This document shows positions 62,881-64,000 of a stretch of 64,000 nucleotides of DNA, in pieces; within the stretch, counting starts at the first letter, position 1; each line of letters opens with the position of its first letter. This DNA comes from an uncultured Candidatus Entotheonella sp. Its GTDB lineage: Bacteria; Tectomicrobia; Entotheonellia; Entotheonellales; Entotheonellaceae. Position numbers and translations under genes: made by a program. The stretch lies in assembly GCA_965217185.1 (NCBI GenBank), contig OZ244252.1, positions 320,001 through 384,000 on the forward strand. Direction: 5' to 3'. The notes beneath the pieces were generated by a model. The model had not been told where the DNA came from. It searched no databases and saw nothing but the letters and a program-made list of their open reading frames with translations.

Positions 62881-63242
62881 GGACCTCCTTCCTTCGCAAG
62901 CCGGGCGAGATGTCGGTCGAACCGCTCATCGGCCCTGCGGATCAAGCTGCGGTAAAAATGCCTGGCGCTTCCACCCGACTTGTCACCGGCAACGAGCAAA
63001 ACAGCCTTGCGCGCCGGATCAAATGCGAAAGCAAGCCGCCACTCCCCATCCGCCACGCCGAACCGCAACTCCTTCATGTTCGCGTGCCGTGAGCCGTTCA
63101 GCGTGTCCACACGGGGCCGTCCCAGTTGCGGCCCGAAGTGTTGCAGCAGACGCGACAGCGCGAGGATCTCATTCTGCACGTCCTCGTCGAGAGCGTCGAA
63201 CTCCGGCTCGAACTCGTCAGCAATCTCGACAGTCCAGTTCAT
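62877..63242 (-). CDS. RelE/HigB (Gp49-like) toxin
   Basis: GPQLGRP.VDTL.GS.H.NMKELR, R..FAFDP.R.A.LL..GDK. Confidence 0.88.
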   Translation of the reverse strand: MNWTVEIADEFEPEFDALDEDVQNEILALSRLLQHFGPQLGRPRVDTLNGSRHANMKELRFGVADGEWRLAFAFDPARKAVLLVAGDKSGGSARHFYRSLIRRADERFDRHLARLAKEGGP

Positions 63243-63251
63243 GTCTTAAAT

Positions 63252-63283
63252 ATGTCTTGACATACATATGAAGTCAAGAACAT
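63252..63283. promoter_or_regulatory. Inverted-repeat operator upstream of the toxin-antitoxin operon
   Basis: TCTTGAC-N11-GTCAAGA; supplies a TTGAC -35-like element on the minus strand. Confidence 0.55.
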
Positions 63284-63339
63284 GCTCGTGACCTCTCGCC
63301 CCACCCCTCACCTCTCAGGTAGGCCCGGTAACAACATAG

Positions 63340-63592
63340 CTGTCACAGAGTGCCAGATTGAACGCCGTTTCATTTAACGACTCTTAAACGAGGCATGCCC
63401 GAACACCCGCAAATACCCCCTGAAACAGCCCGATTTCTGCTTCATTTGGCCGTCTCACCTTTTACAATCTCGATAACTCAATTGCGTTACACATTGATAA
63501 AACAGGGAAGGGAAGGCTTGAATGGGAAGGCCGACCGGCTACGCCCGGGTCAGCACCGGGGAACGGAACCTGCAGCTGGATGCCCGGAAGGA
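63340..63592 (+). pseudogene. Second res-like region plus a truncated resolvase start
   Basis: Homologous to 23733-23490; MGRPTGYARVSTGERNLQLDA then breaks off. Confidence 0.8.
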
Positions 63593-63601
63593 CGGGGTGG
63601 T

Positions 63602-64000
63602 TCAGTATGCTCCTTGGGTATACGGCTCGATAATATATTCGTCCTCATCGAAAGGGGTCCAGGAGCTGAACACCGGGAATGGCAGCGGGAGGACGTTGTT
63701 CGGGTCGTTGATCCTGAAGGCTATCTCGTCGCTGTCGAAGACGTTCCTGACCGAGATGGAGACATCCGATGTCGGAATGCAGCCCGAGCAATTCTCGGGG
63801 AATTGCTGCACCGACATCGCGCCGGCGGGAAACAGGACAATCTCCGCGACGTCGCCCGTCCACTCAATGTGGTAGTCGGCGGCCGTGAGCTCCCACTCGT
63901 ATACCGCATGTCCGTCCTGGGCATACTGGGCCCACATTCTGAATCCATCGTGGAAGTCAATGACCACCCCTCTGCGCGGACTCGCGTCAACCGAGGGATG
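63602..64000 (-). CDS. C-terminal part of an acidic hypothetical protein (start probably outside window)
   Basis: Open frame towards the window edge; no motif recognised. Confidence 0.5.
   Translation of the reverse strand, partial: HPSVDASPRRGVVIDFHDGFRMWAQYAQDGHAVYEWELTAADYHIEWTGDVAEIVLFPAGAMSVQQFPENCSGCIPTSDVSISVRNVFDSDEIAFRINDPNNVLPLPFPVFSSWTPFDEDEYIIEPYTQGAY

Overview
GC-rich bacterial chromosomal window; the gene mix resembles a sponge-symbiont or Tectomicrobia-type genome, but that is a weak inference. Housekeeping and catabolic genes alternate with lower-GC, IS-riddled accessory blocks at about 2.7-4.9, 13.7-29.3 and 57.7-64 kb. The housekeeping set includes an ACT-malic enzyme, tandem SDRs, YgfZ/GcvT, an ADP-forming acyl-CoA ligase, plant-type ilvC, ggt, pgi, two exported cyclase-family proteins, tandem Tat-motif amidohydrolases, an RND pump, msrA, a LarA-like protein and a D-aminoacylase. 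The accessory blocks carry a type II Zorya operon, four toxin-antitoxin modules, several broken defence-like genes, IS5, IS701, IS110, IS630 and IS1182-like elements, a TnpB remnant, and two inverted copies of a resolvase-res module. The best candidate novelty is a single-ORF MoxR/RavA-type AAA+ to VWA fusion with an A10 run exactly at the domain boundary; a slip into the -1 frame hits TGA one codon later, so one gene could make both a free AAA+ subunit and the AAA+-VWA fusion. Also notable is a 185-bp MITE whose origin from an IS630 family present in this window, by a 7-bp microhomology deletion, can be read directly. All calls come from motif reading; no searches were run.
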